IMG/VR virus record: IMGVR_UViG_3300024317_000004 | Span: 1-64,000 of that record | Length of the DNA: 64,000 bases | Origin: a virus | Reading direction: 5' to 3' (one strand) | Shown: positions 1-9,512 of the stretch, one piece after another | Position numbering within the stretch: position 1 is the first letter of the stretch | Layout: every line of letters starts with the position of its first letter | Notes under the pieces: generated by a model | Databases searched by the model: none | The model's input: only the letters and a program-made list of their open reading frames with translations | Told to the model about the DNA's origin: nothing | Translations under genes and position numbers: made by a program

Positions 1-102
1 CAATCCCGCCACAATCCTCTGCGTGCTTCTCTTCGTATGTGACGTGCTTGTTAGGCACCTCATCGACGCACGTAGGGCACCACCATGGGATACGTGGTTC
101 GG

Positions 103-324
103 TCATACTGCCCTCACGCTCTTTGCTCGCACTCGCTTGTGCGGGTGGCTCGGGGCCTCGGTACCGCCGCAGGACGTCTGTTGCGCCACAATCCACCGCT
201 CGCTTTGCAGCTCAGCACGCAGACGGCGGACCTCGTTCACCAGGTCGCGCACGTCATCGAGATCAACGTTGTCGCATGCGTCGATCTTGGCCTCGATGTA
301 CCTGAGGGTGTCTTCGGTGATCAC
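103..324 (-). CDS. Hypothetical early protein (73 aa)
   Basis: GTG start overlaps the upstream stop (GTGA coupling); helical, protein-like sequence. Confidence 0.55.
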   Translation of the reverse strand: MITEDTLRYIEAKIDACDNVDLDDVRDLVNEVRRLRAELQSERWIVAQQTSCGGTEAPSHPHKRVRAKSVRAV

Positions 325-737
325 AACACACCCCGCAGATGTCCCACGGCCTTGCGTTTCATGCGCGTGGCGCGGGCATTGCGGACATGCTGAACGTGAT
401 CCACGCGCAGATGACATCTTTGACAAAAAGCCCACAGATTGAATTCGGCGCAGTTCGACGGCGTTGGATCCGGGTAGTGCGCAATCGTGAGCACTACCTT
501 GATCGAGCGGCACTCCGGATCGCCACCAAGGCACAGCGAGCAGCCGTGATGCTTCTGCCATTGCGCAGGGCTTGCCGGGTTGCGCTTGATAATGGCGCCG
601 TTCGGAGCATTGCAGCGCCCGCCGTCGTGGGTATCGCCGCATTGACCGACGCAAGCGCATCGGTTGCCGTCGCGGCATAGGATCGACTCGCGGATCTTGC
701 GCCAGTTCTTTGGGTAGAGCGAGTAGTCAACCGGCAC
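321..737 (-). CDS. HNH-like Zn-binding endonuclease
   Basis: YPKNW..IR..IL.RDGNRC, then VVLTIAH...NL.AFCQRCH motifs. Confidence 0.7.
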   Translation of the reverse strand: MPVDYSLYPKNWRKIRESILCRDGNRCACVGQCGDTHDGGRCNAPNGAIIKRNPASPAQWQKHHGCSLCLGGDPECRSIKVVLTIAHYPDPTPSNCAEFNLWAFCQRCHLRVDHVQHVRNARATRMKRKAVGHLRGVL

Positions 738-1224
738 GGTGCGCTCCATATTCGGCCGGGCACTCGACCCGCGTGATATGCTCGTCGTCGAATCCGCTGT
801 GCCGAGCCTGGCTCAGCGTGTGATCAGTTCCTGCCGTCTTGCTCCACGGTGCCACCAGGCCAAGCATGCGAACGTTCCAGTCCGAATCGCGAGCTTGCAC
901 GCACTGCCTTACCAAAAATCGATTGCGCTCAAGTGGATGCACCGAGCCAATTGGATCCCACCATCGTTCGGTTCGGCGCAGCATGCCGGTCGCGTCAAAG
1001 GCCCACGCCCATCCATCCGTTCGATGCTCTAGGCACTCGATGCCCAACGCGTGCGCCAAGGTCGTGCATTGGCGATCACCACGTTCCGCACCGCCGTTGA
1101 TGATCCTGTCCGGGGCGATCTCCTTGATGTGCTTCAGCAGCGTGCTGAACATCCAATCGCGCGCCGCGCTGGTGTCACACAACGCGCGGGACAAGGAGCA
1201 GAGTAGTAACGTCTTCGTGCTCAC
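727..1224 (-). CDS. SLOG-superfamily (YspA/DUF2493-like) protein
   Basis: IINGGAERGD, HPLERNRFLV, and AGTDHT..AR motifs. Confidence 0.6.
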   Translation of the reverse strand: MSTKTLLLCSLSRALCDTSAARDWMFSTLLKHIKEIAPDRIINGGAERGDRQCTTLAHALGIECLEHRTDGWAWAFDATGMLRRTERWWDPIGSVHPLERNRFLVRQCVQARDSDWNVRMLGLVAPWSKTAGTDHTLSQARHSGFDDEHITRVECPAEYGAHRAG

Positions 1225-1520
1225 GGTTTCCTCCGTATCGCCCCCGACTCCGCCATGTCTTGCAGCACGCGCTTGGTGATCTCCCGCTTTTCTGCCAACG
1301 TCGCGCCCCTCGGATCGGTCGCCAGTGAGACCAAGGCGGCCTGCTGCAGATTGCGTACATGCCGCGCAAGCATCTCCAGCGTGATCACGGGCGCTGGTGG
1401 TTCGCTCACAGCGCCTGACCTTCGCACTGAGCCGGTGCCACGGCATATGCCACACGGAGCGTCGCCCACCAGCGTACCGGCGCCCTTGCAGGAGAGGCAG
1501 ATAAGGGTCAGCGCGGTCAC
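1221..1520 (-). CDS. Small protein with a CxxCxGxG zinc finger
   Basis: CLSCKGAG...CGICRGTG; translationally coupled to neighbours. Confidence 0.6.
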   Translation of the reverse strand: MTALTLICLSCKGAGTLVGDAPCGICRGTGSVRRSGAVSEPPAPVITLEMLARHVRNLQQAALVSLATDPRGATLAEKREITKRVLQDMAESGAIRRKP

Positions 1521-1792
1521 TGGCTTCGCGCCTCCACGTCGGTCTGCAGGTCTGCGAACTGGCGCACGATCTGCTCCCGGCGCTCGCGTTCCTCGGGACT
1601 CACCAGAGCCGGCAGCGGCTGGTCCGCTTTCAGCTCGAGCAGCGCAATTAGCAGCGTCTCGAGGCGAGCAACGCGATCGGGCAGTCCTTGGATCGTGGCA
1701 GCGACCAGGGCGATCCTCGCCTGCGTTTCCTCGACCATCTTGTCGACGGAGGCCTTGATCGCAGCGAGGATGTCGGCGGGGGACTGGTTCAC
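1517..1792 (-). CDS. Hypothetical coiled-coil protein
   Basis: Coupled ORF with heptad-like helices. Confidence 0.55.
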   Translation of the reverse strand: MNQSPADILAAIKASVDKMVEETQARIALVAATIQGLPDRVARLETLLIALLELKADQPLPALVSPEERERREQIVRQFADLQTDVEARSQ

Positions 1793-2079
1793 CGGAAGTC
1801 CTCCATCTTGCACGCGGTCACGTGGATCTCGTCGAGCTTGCCAGCCTCGTGAATTTTCTGGGCCACGTCGGATGCGCCCAAGCCTCTCGCGATGCGCTCG
1901 CACTCGTAGTAGGCGTTCGCTTCGGTGACGCGTTGAAACCCCAGCACCTGCTGCATGCTGAACTCCGCAAGCAGTCGACGCAGCGTCGGCAAGATCGCTT
2001 CCGATGAGTCCGCATGCACCGGGACTGCCTCCAGAATGCGGCGGGCCATCGCGTCGATGGCATTCGGTGTACTGCTCAT
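1789..2079 (-). CDS. Hypothetical protein
   Basis: Coupled ORF (4-nt overlaps on both sides). Confidence 0.55.
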   Translation of the reverse strand: MSSTPNAIDAMARRILEAVPVHADSSEAILPTLRRLLAEFSMQQVLGFQRVTEANAYYECERIARGLGASDVAQKIHEAGKLDEIHVTACKMEDFR

Positions 2080-2267
2080 GCCGCTGCCCTCCCTCGCACG
2101 CGCGTTACCTCACGAGCCGGCCTTCGACACGTCTCACACACAAGATTCGGAGGCGTTGGTGCAATGTGGCCACATCGGCACGTACGCGTGGCACGGTCGC
2201 AGGACACGCAGGACCAGTAGACCGTGAACGTATCGTGCTTGCATCGGGGCTTCTCGGCGTCGGTCAC
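2076..2267 (-). CDS. Small Cys-rich protein
   Basis: CxH/CxxC/CxC/CxxC motifs; coupled. Confidence 0.45.
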   Translation of the reverse strand: MTDAEKPRCKHDTFTVYWSCVSCDRATRTCRCGHIAPTPPNLVCETCRRPAREVTRVRGRAAA

Positions 2268-2875
2268 GTGATGACCTCCGCGGGCTCGGCCGCCAACGCG
2301 GCATCCATGGCAGTCGCGAGCGAGTCGGCTCGTCCGGTTTTGGTGATCTTGTAGTGCATCGCGTCGAACTCTCGTCGGCCAGGCGGGCTTTTGAGCGTTT
2401 TGGTGCTCCATCCGACTTCGTCGTTGTTGAAGCGAAAAGGCGTCGACTCGAATTGATACCCGCGAGCTTCCCACCGAACCGTTTCGCCTGCGCGGAGCCG
2501 TGTTTCGACTTCCTTGGGCGTTTCCTGATGGTCGTACCCGTGCAGCTCGACGACGATGGCACTGTCGTCGCAGCGCGCATCCATCGTCTGCCCCCGGCGT
2601 ATCCAGGCGTCGAAATCGTCGTTGGGCGTGGTGGATCCCGTGAGGTAATGAGGCTTGCTCCCGCCGTAAACTTCCTTGTACGGCCTGCCGCCAGCTAGGT
2701 AGTCCTCGGCCGCGTGAGAGAGCGCGTCACATAGGTGCGGGTGTTCTCCGTAGCCCACCAGCGTGCCCGTTGGTCTCTCAAGACGCACCACGCGTAGGCC
2801 ACCGCCAGAGAGGAATGCGTGCAGGCGTGCGCCATCCCACAGGGCCTTGTCGAGCGTGTTGAGATAGTAGGTCAC
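2264..2875 (-). CDS. Hypothetical protein (203 aa)
   Basis: Long coupled ORF with globular composition. Confidence 0.65.
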   Translation of the reverse strand: MTYYLNTLDKALWDGARLHAFLSGGGLRVVRLERPTGTLVGYGEHPHLCDALSHAAEDYLAGGRPYKEVYGGSKPHYLTGSTTPNDDFDAWIRRGQTMDARCDDSAIVVELHGYDHQETPKEVETRLRAGETVRWEARGYQFESTPFRFNNDEVGWSTKTLKSPPGRREFDAMHYKITKTGRADSLATAMDAALAAEPAEVIT

Positions 2876-3264
2876 GCTGACACCTGCGTCCGCGTTTCGT
2901 TCACACCCTCAACCCGCTTCGGTGGTGGCACGTGTGTGATTTTGATGGACGACAACAGCGCTTCCACTTTCACATCAGGCCTGCCCTGTTCCAGGTACAT
3001 CTCCAGGACCGATCGCAATTGCCGAAGTGCTGCGTCTGCCTTCGGGTCTAAGGAACTCGGTACGTAAATCAGCACCGTTCGTGCTGCGTCACGAATGGCC
3101 ATCAGGGCCTTGATGCAGAGCGCGAGTTGCTCGACCCGTGCGAATACCTCCACCAACAGCGCGCGCGTTTCTGGGCTGTGGCGAACTTGCGAGGCGATCC
3201 CGCGCACCCATTCCCGGATGTACGCGACCTGCCCTGACGTGAGGATGTGTCCTGAGGTGATCAT
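2872..3264 (-). CDS. Hypothetical protein (130 aa)
   Basis: Coupled ORF; GGAGG ribosome-binding site upstream. Confidence 0.6.
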   Translation of the reverse strand: MITSGHILTSGQVAYIREWVRGIASQVRHSPETRALLVEVFARVEQLALCIKALMAIRDAARTVLIYVPSSLDPKADAALRQLRSVLEMYLEQGRPDVKVEALLSSIKITHVPPPKRVEGVNETRTQVSA

Positions 3265-3488
3265 GCTGCCTCCAGCCTGGTAAGCAATTCTCGCAGGGTC
3301 TTGATGACGGCCTGTCGCGGCAGATTGGAGCTAAACGCCACCTGGCGCCCTTCGAAGTCGAGGGCCAGAAGCCCGTAGCCAGTGTGCCTTGGCAGCGAAT
3401 GCGCAACGATCTTCCCGAGATCGTTGCAGAGGCGCTCCAGATCCTCGTGGCTCGTGGTTGTCACGCTGCCCTCCGCGATCGTTTCCAC
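3261..3488 (-). CDS. Hypothetical protein (75 aa)
   Basis: Coupled ORF with an alpha/beta pattern. Confidence 0.55.
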   Translation of the reverse strand: METIAEGSVTTTSHEDLERLCNDLGKIVAHSLPRHTGYGLLALDFEGRQVAFSSNLPRQAVIKTLRELLTRLEAA

Positions 3489-6193
3489 CCACGCCGGTCG
3501 ATCTCTTCTCGCACGGCCTTCAGAGCGCTCACCATGTGCGCTCCCGTTTCAACCATGCGCTCGGCACAGATCTGCGCGGCTTGCTCTTTGGTGACCAAGT
3601 CGGGGCCGTATTTGAAGAGCGTGTTGTACAGGTGCTTTGTGACCTTGCACTCCGCGAGCCTGGTCCGCAGTGCCTGCGCCGGCGGCATGGAGTCGGCCTG
3701 CTCGATTGCCGCTCTCTCGGGGTCCGCGCTGTCGTTGGCAGGAGTGCCGTTGGGCTTGGGTCCACCGCTCGGCGGCTCGGGATCCTTGGGCGCCAACGCA
3801 TTCTTGAGCCACCGAGATGCCTGTTTTGCGTCGGCCATGCCCGGCACGAGTTCCTGGACACGTCGGACCGCGACGTTGCGCAGTAGCTCGCGAACTTCTT
3901 CGGCTCGCAGATCAATGGCCGGCTTGTGCTTGCGCACGATCTCCGCCACGTCCTCGGCAGAATCAGCGAGCTCGAGCAAGTCCATGACGTCGGTGAAGAC
4001 GTTGTCGCGCGACGTCTCGCGGGTCTCGATGGCTTGAACGTGTTCATTGAGTTGGTTGCGAGTCGCGCTGGCTTTCGTGACATCGAGAACGAGCTTCTGA
4101 GCGCGATAGATGTACGTGTCGAGTCCGCCCGCTTCCTCGCCTACGGCATCCTTGTGCACGCGCCAGACACGCGCGGCTTGTAGGAGCTTGGTGTCAATGA
4201 GCTTGAGCGGCTCAAGATCCTCGCGCAAGGCGTCGAGCGCGGGGGCGTCGCTATCCCCAAGACCCGTGATGACCAACGTGTGGACTTCCTCGGGCGCGAT
4301 GTCATCACGGGCCACAGGCGGCTGCGCTGTCGTCGTGGCGTGGTTAAAAGGATCGTGCGAGCCAACGCGTGCGTCTTCTTCTGCAATGGCGCGCTTTAAC
4401 CACGCCTTGGCGTTCTTCATCTTGCCGACGTCTTCGCAGCGCTTGCATAGGACTTTCCAGGCCGCCTCGCGGTCAGCGGTCGACAGGGCCGATAGTTCTG
4501 CCCGGTGCTTGATCCAGAGCGCCACGGTCTCGCCGGGTAATTCAACCTGTTCAACGTCCGCGTAGAAGCTTGCGAGCGTGGGTGAGATCTCCGTCTCAGA
4601 AGGCGGGTCAGGCTCAACGAAGACCTCGTCAGGCTTCTGCGTAATCTTGATCGGCGCGCCCGCGCTCTTGAGATGAGCCGGGATGGTATCGAGCTCGCTT
4701 TCATCAAGCATGCCGAGCCCGAGAATGGACAACGTGGCGCGTCGCTTGGCCTTGGTGTTGCCGGTGATGGTGATACGTCCGTTCTGACGCATGACCCACG
4801 TGCCGTGCTTGGTGGTTGGGCACCAGACCGGCTCTTCGCCATCTGGCGTTAGAGACAGGTTGCTTCCGCGGACATAGGCACAATCCAAAGTCTGTTGGGT
4901 CGGGACTTCTCCCGTACTGGACATCCCCGGCTTACCAAGCGCGATTCCTTCAAGCGTGGCCAAAATGGCCCATGCCTCCATCACACCGGGCTTTCGCTTC
5001 TTCCCAAAGCGACCTTTGCTGTCCGCGTCTGCTGCCATCATTGCACTAAACATGGCGGCTCTTGCTTCCGCGGAAAGCTGGGTCACAAGAACAGGCATGT
5101 CCGCTGGCCCTTCAATGCCCGCACTCATGAGAACGAATCTCGACTCGTCAGCACTGAGATAGAACCAGTGCTGCGGCAAGCATTCGTACGAAGCCCCGCC
5201 CGGAAAGACCCGAACCGTTGGTTGGCCTACGTCCTCGCGAGCATGAAGGCCAGCACGAGCAAGCAATTCCCGAATCTCTGCAACTCGGCGAGGTTTGGAC
5301 TGACAGATCCCAAGCCGCACAAAGGTTCCTCGACGCTGAATCGTTCCATCGGTCATCACCCAACCAAGTACGGCGGCGAGTTCGGGTGTTAGTGGATGAC
5401 TACCGCCCTCCGCAGGCGCAGCCACAATTAGTCTGTGGCTTGTCCGGATCTCGTTGGCTTTAACCAGTTTTCGCTCTGGCCCTCTGTCCTTGCGAGGGCC
5501 ACGCGGAGCTGCTGCGCCTCTGCACGGCTTGTATGGTTCGGTACCAACTGCCCACGAATGGTCTTCGGTGCATCGGACCGAGAATAGGTTTTTCTCGGTC
5601 GACAGTTTGAAGACCTTTGCGTTTTCGTAAACGCTTACGTTCTCCAGCGGAACCCACTCAGAACGGCCGGTATTCACATCGTACGCAAGGACCGCTTCGC
5701 CGATCATGAGTTGATCGTGACGTTTGAATCCGCGGCGAGTCAGGATCTCACTGCCCAGCGGAACACATTCGACCTTCATCATCGCATTGAGCGGATCGCT
5801 GAGTGCAACCGTGGCCACGGCAGTCTCGGTTCTGCCATTCGGATGCGTAGCGCGACACACAGCGTAGAGAAGCTTGGTGCCTGCAAGATCGACAACGCGA
5901 GGGCCGTCAACGATCTCGCGATTGAGCCGGTGAATGGCCGCGAGCTGATCGGTCGCGCCGCGTGTGGGGTACAGAATTTCCTTGCCGTTGAGCCGTAGAA
6001 TCGCAAACGGCAATGCGGCAGGCGTGAGCCCAAGGCTTTCACAGATCTGCAGATAGAACCGCGATCGCTCCTCGGGATTGAGCGCGGATATGTCCCCGCG
6101 AAGCACAAGCGACTCGACAACCCGCGCCGTGGTCTGGGTGTCGATCTGAATGTCTGCCCGGTCACTCTTCTGGATCGACTTGACGTTACTCAT
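3461..6193 (-). CDS. Phage single-strand annealing/recombination protein (RecT/Red-beta-like) with intein and long C-terminal extension
   Basis: GDISAL...FY..ICESLGL.P...F..L.LNGK..LY; after splicing it reads NAMMKVE|TKAKRRATLSILGLGMLDESE. Located in the early-left operon. Confidence 0.7.
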   Translation of the reverse strand: MSNVKSIQKSDRADIQIDTQTTARVVESLVLRGDISALNPEERSRFYLQICESLGLTPAALPFAILRLNGKEILYPTRGATDQLAAIHRLNREIVDGPRVVDLAGTKLLYAVCRATHPNGRTETAVATVALSDPLNAMMKVECVPLGSEILTRRGFKRHDQLMIGEAVLAYDVNTGRSEWVPLENVSVYENAKVFKLSTEKNLFSVRCTEDHSWAVGTEPYKPCRGAAAPRGPRKDRGPERKLVKANEIRTSHRLIVAAPAEGGSHPLTPELAAVLGWVMTDGTIQRRGTFVRLGICQSKPRRVAEIRELLARAGLHAREDVGQPTVRVFPGGASYECLPQHWFYLSADESRFVLMSAGIEGPADMPVLVTQLSAEARAAMFSAMMAADADSKGRFGKKRKPGVMEAWAILATLEGIALGKPGMSSTGEVPTQQTLDCAYVRGSNLSLTPDGEEPVWCPTTKHGTWVMRQNGRITITGNTKAKRRATLSILGLGMLDESELDTIPAHLKSAGAPIKITQKPDEVFVEPDPPSETEISPTLASFYADVEQVELPGETVALWIKHRAELSALSTADREAAWKVLCKRCEDVGKMKNAKAWLKRAIAEEDARVGSHDPFNHATTTAQPPVARDDIAPEEVHTLVITGLGDSDAPALDALREDLEPLKLIDTKLLQAARVWRVHKDAVGEEAGGLDTYIYRAQKLVLDVTKASATRNQLNEHVQAIETRETSRDNVFTDVMDLLELADSAEDVAEIVRKHKPAIDLRAEEVRELLRNVAVRRVQELVPGMADAKQASRWLKNALAPKDPEPPSGGPKPNGTPANDSADPERAAIEQADSMPPAQALRTRLAECKVTKHLYNTLFKYGPDLVTKEQAAQICAERMVETGAHMVSALKAVREEIDRRGWKRSRRAA
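4757..5767 (-). mobile_element. Intein (337 aa) with LAGLIDADG-like homing endonuclease region
   Basis: Starts CVPLGSEILTRRGFK; block B CTEDHSW; VLGWVMTDG; block F PVWCPTT; ends ITITGN followed by T. Confidence 0.9.
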
Positions 6194-6371
6194 CGCTCCC
6201 ACCGCCCTCCTGCCTCGCCCAGTGCCTCAGTACTCGCTCCAGTGCTCTACATGCCTTGTTGCACCGCTCGCCCGCGTACTCGTCATCCTCGCTGTCGAGT
6301 AGATCCAGCGTGACCTTGTCCACAAGCTCGCGCGCCTGCAGGATTGCCTTCTTGCGCTCCTCGGGGCTCAT
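6186..6371 (-). CDS. Hypothetical protein (61 aa)
   Basis: MSPEERKKAIL...; its 3' end supplies the GGAGG RBS of the next gene. Confidence 0.5.
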   Translation of the reverse strand: MSPEERKKAILQARELVDKVTLDLLDSEDDEYAGERCNKACRALERVLRHWARQEGGGSDE

Positions 6372-6575
6372 GCGAACGCTCGTACCACCGCGCCCACCAC
6401 CCACAGCCGCAACACGCCCCGCGTGATCCGCAGACGCAGCTTGTTGCCTCCGAACATCTCCGCCCACGCACATCCTGCTTCCACCGCTTCGAGCCATTCG
6501 CTATGTGACATCGCCCACCTCCGTTGATACCGAGCGCGATCCCTGCGCAGAGATCGCCCACGCTACCGACGGCCC

Positions 6576-6791
6576 CTACGCGGCCCCGAGGACCTCGGAG
6601 ACCAACGCCATTCCAAGCGCCTCGTTTCGATCGCGGATCAATCGACGGACTGCACTAGGCGGCCAGCCGTGCTCTCTCGCGATTGCATAAGCGCGATCCG
6701 TGTTGTCCCGGTGAATCGCGGCGGCTAACGCGTGACGTACGCAGCATTCGTCCGCCACGGCGGCTTGCTGGCAGTGCTTGCAGCGGCTCAT
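6576..6791 (-). CDS. Small Cys-containing early protein
   Basis: CxxC...CCxxH; coupled to the upstream ORF. Confidence 0.5.
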   Translation of the reverse strand: MSRCKHCQQAAVADECCVRHALAAAIHRDNTDRAYAIAREHGWPPSAVRRLIRDRNEALGMALVSEVLGAA

Positions 6792-7048
6792 TGGCCCATC
6801 CTCGTGACTGCAGCGCGGTTCTGTTCAGCAGCCCACGTCACGTACTCCACGCACTCGCGGCCGATCTGGTCAGCACGCTCGCGGGTCAGCTCGCCGGCTT
6901 CGACCAGTGCATCGACCTCACCAGGTTCATCACGATCGAAGTGATAACGGGCATCGCACTCTGCACAACGCAACCGCCCGGACATGGAGGGCTCGTCGCA
7001 GCTGTCACACTTGGGATCAGGTGTACGAGGATCAATCGCGCTGCACAT
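6788..7048 (-). CDS. First gene of the leftward operon, Zn-ribbon protein
   Basis: CDSC...CAEC; lies about 45 nt downstream of the PL-like promoter. Confidence 0.55.
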   Translation of the reverse strand: MCSAIDPRTPDPKCDSCDEPSMSGRLRCAECDARYHFDRDEPGEVDALVEAGELTRERADQIGRECVEYVTWAAEQNRAAVTRMGQ

Positions 7049-7092
7049 GAGGACTCCGTCGCGACCGGCGTGAGGGCCGGGGGACAGAGACC

Positions 7093-7143
7093 ATCATACG
7101 AACCAATTGGTTCGTGTCAACTAGTACGAACCTTTTGGTTCTA
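7093..7143 (-). promoter_or_regulatory. PL-like sigma70 promoter with two operators
   Basis: Minus strand TTGACA(7120-7115)-16 nt-TATGAT(7098-7093). Perfect palindrome ACGAACCAATTGGTTCGT at 7098-7115; second site GAACCTTTTGGTTC at 7128-7141. Confidence 0.85.
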
Positions 7144-7572
7144 TTCCTCGATCGTTGTCGTAGAATGTGCGTATTCTACGAGCAGGAGCGTCAAACGCCC
7201 CGCATCTGCAGACGAGCATGCCGTCTTGCGTAGAAGCCAATGCGCGATCTCGTGACAAACCCTTAGCTTGATGCGCTGCGGGTCGGGGCTCGGGCGAAGC
7301 AGGATGGTGCCGCTCGGTAACAACGCCGACTCCAGTTCCGATGGCAGGTCAGGCTTGTAGCGAATGGTGCACCCCGCGGCTTTTGCCAGTGATTCCGCAG
7401 TCATTTGCTGTGCGGAGTGGTGCAGTTCGGTCGCAATGCGCTGGATCTCCTCTTCTTCAACAAGTAGCGGTCCGCGTTGAATCTCGTCGCGTATTGCGAC
7501 TTCAAGTGAATCACCCACCGCCCCTGAATTCCCCATATATGGAAAGATGGCCGACGAGCTGGGTGCATGCAA
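7141..7572 (-). CDS. ImmA/IrrE-like Zn metallopeptidase (true start probably downstream of 7572)
   Basis: LAKAAGCTI.Y...ILL...RIKLRVCHEIAHWLL (HExxH); located in the immunity region. Confidence 0.7.
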   Translation of the reverse strand: MHAPSSSAIFPYMGNSGAVGDSLEVAIRDEIQRGPLLVEEEEIQRIATELHHSAQQMTAESLAKAAGCTIRYKPDLPSELESALLPSGTILLRPSPDPQRIKLRVCHEIAHWLLRKTACSSADAGRLTLLLVEYAHSTTTIEE

Positions 7573-7702
7573 GTCGCTGTCGAGAACACGAAGACTACGA
7601 AAGGAACCTGTGAACGCTGTAACCGCTGCCTGCGACTAAGGGCGCGTCGAATGCAAGGCATGCATTGCGCCATTCATCGCTTGCGTAGCGCTCAATCGCC
7701 GC

Positions 7703-7975
7703 GTGGCGAAACGGCGGCCTTACCGTCAATATCAAGTCCGCACTGCAACGTATCGAAGGATCCAGGGTCGCTTCACGAGCAACCTGCGGCGCCTTCGAAA
7801 CGAACATGAACTCACGCAAGAGCAAGCAGCGCTTGAGTGCGGCATGACCCGGCAGCAGTTTCAGCAACTGGAGTCGGGCACGCAGAATCTTACGTTCACG
7901 ACCGTGGCTCGTATTGTCGAAGGCCTTCGTGTTGACGTGGCTGAACTATTCGCGCCACTGAAGAAGGGCCGCTAG
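7703..7975 (+). CDS. XRE-family HTH regulator
   Basis: NLRRLRNEHELTQEQAALECGMTRQQFQQLESG..NLT. Confidence 0.9.
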   Translation: MAKRRPYRQYQVRTATYRRIQGRFTSNLRRLRNEHELTQEQAALECGMTRQQFQQLESGTQNLTFTTVARIVEGLRVDVAELFAPLKKGR

Positions 7976-8567
7976 GGCTGCGGATACACTCCACCCAATA
8001 GCCCCTGCACCCAGGACTCTGGGCCGGCTCTTCGGTTGAGCCGGGTACTCCCCATTCGGGGCAGTCTCATCGAGGTATTCGTCACACGACGCCGGTTGGG
8101 TGCTTTGGGCCGGCTTGCGTTTCGGTACCCTGTGTACCCAGCTTTGGACTCAGGGATTGCCACAATGGGGTGGGAGTCATTGTGCCCCTGCGTCACCGAG
8201 TGCTCCGCCAGCGCCCTTCGCTTGCTATCGCTGCCCGCTGGAAGACACCGAGCCCACATGGGCCCGGAGGACCTAGCCGCTACAGTGGCCAGGAACTGAG
8301 GTCGGTTCGGAGCACGACGAGAGCGTCAAGTTCCACCCGGCAGCGAGTGTAGCAGCTCGCACCAGTCTTAACGCTCTTGTCGTATTCCGAAACGCCACAC
8401 ACTCGAGACTGCTTTCCTTTGTCCAAAATGAGCATCGGCTACTTGGTTCGTTGCCCGGTTTTGAGGCCGGGTCGGGAGTTGCCTCCAACGTCGCCACCGA
8501 AGGGCTACAGCCGACTACATAGCATCCAAGCTGGGAAATACGCAAACGCAGGGCTTCGGCTGGCCGA

Positions 8568-9125
8568 CTAGACGTTCTTGCTATCGTGAGAAGCCAGAAG
8601 CGGTGGCCGTTCCGCGATCTGTCGGTCTTCGATCACCATCTCCGCGAGCTTGACGAGCGTCCTCGGCGTCGGGAGCCTCCTGGGGAGGGTGAGGTGAGTT
8701 TCGCCGACCTCCTCCCAGACGTCTTCCTCGACACTAGGCGCTAAGATCTTTGCATACCTGAGCAACTGGGGCCATTGAGGCAACTGATTGAGCTTGCGAG
8801 AGCCCTGATCGGAGCCAGAAGGGCTCGGTGAGATCGGCTCGGGCGGTAGGCGTTCGCCCGCAGGTACCTCGGCGCGTCCCTTGATGGCCGCTGCTAGCTG
8901 CTCGGGCGCGAGCCCTCCGTCAATCAGCTCCTCAATCTCCTGAGTGGTTGCGCCGAATCCAAAGGCGAGACCCTTCCTCATATTTGCGCTTCTGGCCTGA
9001 CTCCTGCCTTTTTCCAGCTTGAGAACGCCTTGGCGCCGCAGAAGTCCTTTTGATCGCTCTGCAACTTGGTCCTGAGTCAGCCCAAGCTCGGTTCGCAGCG
9101 TCTTGATCTTGTCCTTCAGTGCCAC
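8568..9125 (-). CDS. CI-like repressor (N-terminal XRE HTH, no S24 peptidase domain)
   Basis: KIKTLRTELGLTQDQVAERS...LEKG; divergent from the cro-like gene. Confidence 0.8.
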   Translation of the reverse strand: MALKDKIKTLRTELGLTQDQVAERSKGLLRRQGVLKLEKGRSQARSANMRKGLAFGFGATTQEIEELIDGGLAPEQLAAAIKGRAEVPAGERLPPEPISPSPSGSDQGSRKLNQLPQWPQLLRYAKILAPSVEEDVWEEVGETHLTLPRRLPTPRTLVKLAEMVIEDRQIAERPPLLASHDSKNV

Positions 9126-9210
9126 GTGCCAATTGGTACCTAACCTAGCTCTCATCGCAACGAACCTCATGGCACGAACCTTTTGACACGAACCACTTGG
9201 TTCTTATACT
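9126..9210 (+). promoter_or_regulatory. PR-like promoter with operator array
   Basis: TTGACA(9183-9188)-16 nt-TATACT(9205-9210). GAACCACTTGGTTC at 9190-9203; degenerate copies at 9176, 9162 and 9126. Confidence 0.85.
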
Positions 9211-9218
9211 TAGGGACC

Positions 9219-9512
9219 ATGAGTGACCCGTTGCCTTCGGACGGCGCGCGACTGCTGCGTATATATCTGATCAAAGTCGACCAAAGCGTTCCGGTCTTCT
9301 GCGAGATTCACCGGCTCGATCGCGTGCAGGTTCAGCGCTACCTCAAGGGTGAGCGGGCGCGCATCTCGGTCGATTTCGCGGCCGCCATCCAAGACGCCAC
9401 GAACGGCGAGGTCCCCTGGTATTCGTGGTGCTCGAAGACCCGGCGCGCCAACGACCCCGTTGCTGAGCACAACGCAGCTCGCCGGCCACGCCGCTCTCAC
9501 GTCGCAGCCTAG
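9219..9512 (+). CDS. Cro-like HTH protein
   Basis: VQVQRYLKGERARISVDFAAAIQDATNGEVP; first gene after PR. Confidence 0.75.
   Translation: MSDPLPSDGARLLRIYLIKVDQSVPVFCEIHRLDRVQVQRYLKGERARISVDFAAAIQDATNGEVPWYSWCSKTRRANDPVAEHNAARRPRRSHVAA

Noticed and set aside
7098-7141. Gram-positive LexA box (GAAC-N4-GTTC)
   Set aside because: Spacing here is GAAC-N6-GTTC, and the sites sit at the two divergent phage promoters, fitting phage repressor operators.
2076-9512. Frequent C-terminal -AA endings as ClpXP degrons
   Set aside because: Plausible, but several can be explained by overlap with the next gene's GGAGG/GCATGA signals; not separable from sequence alone.
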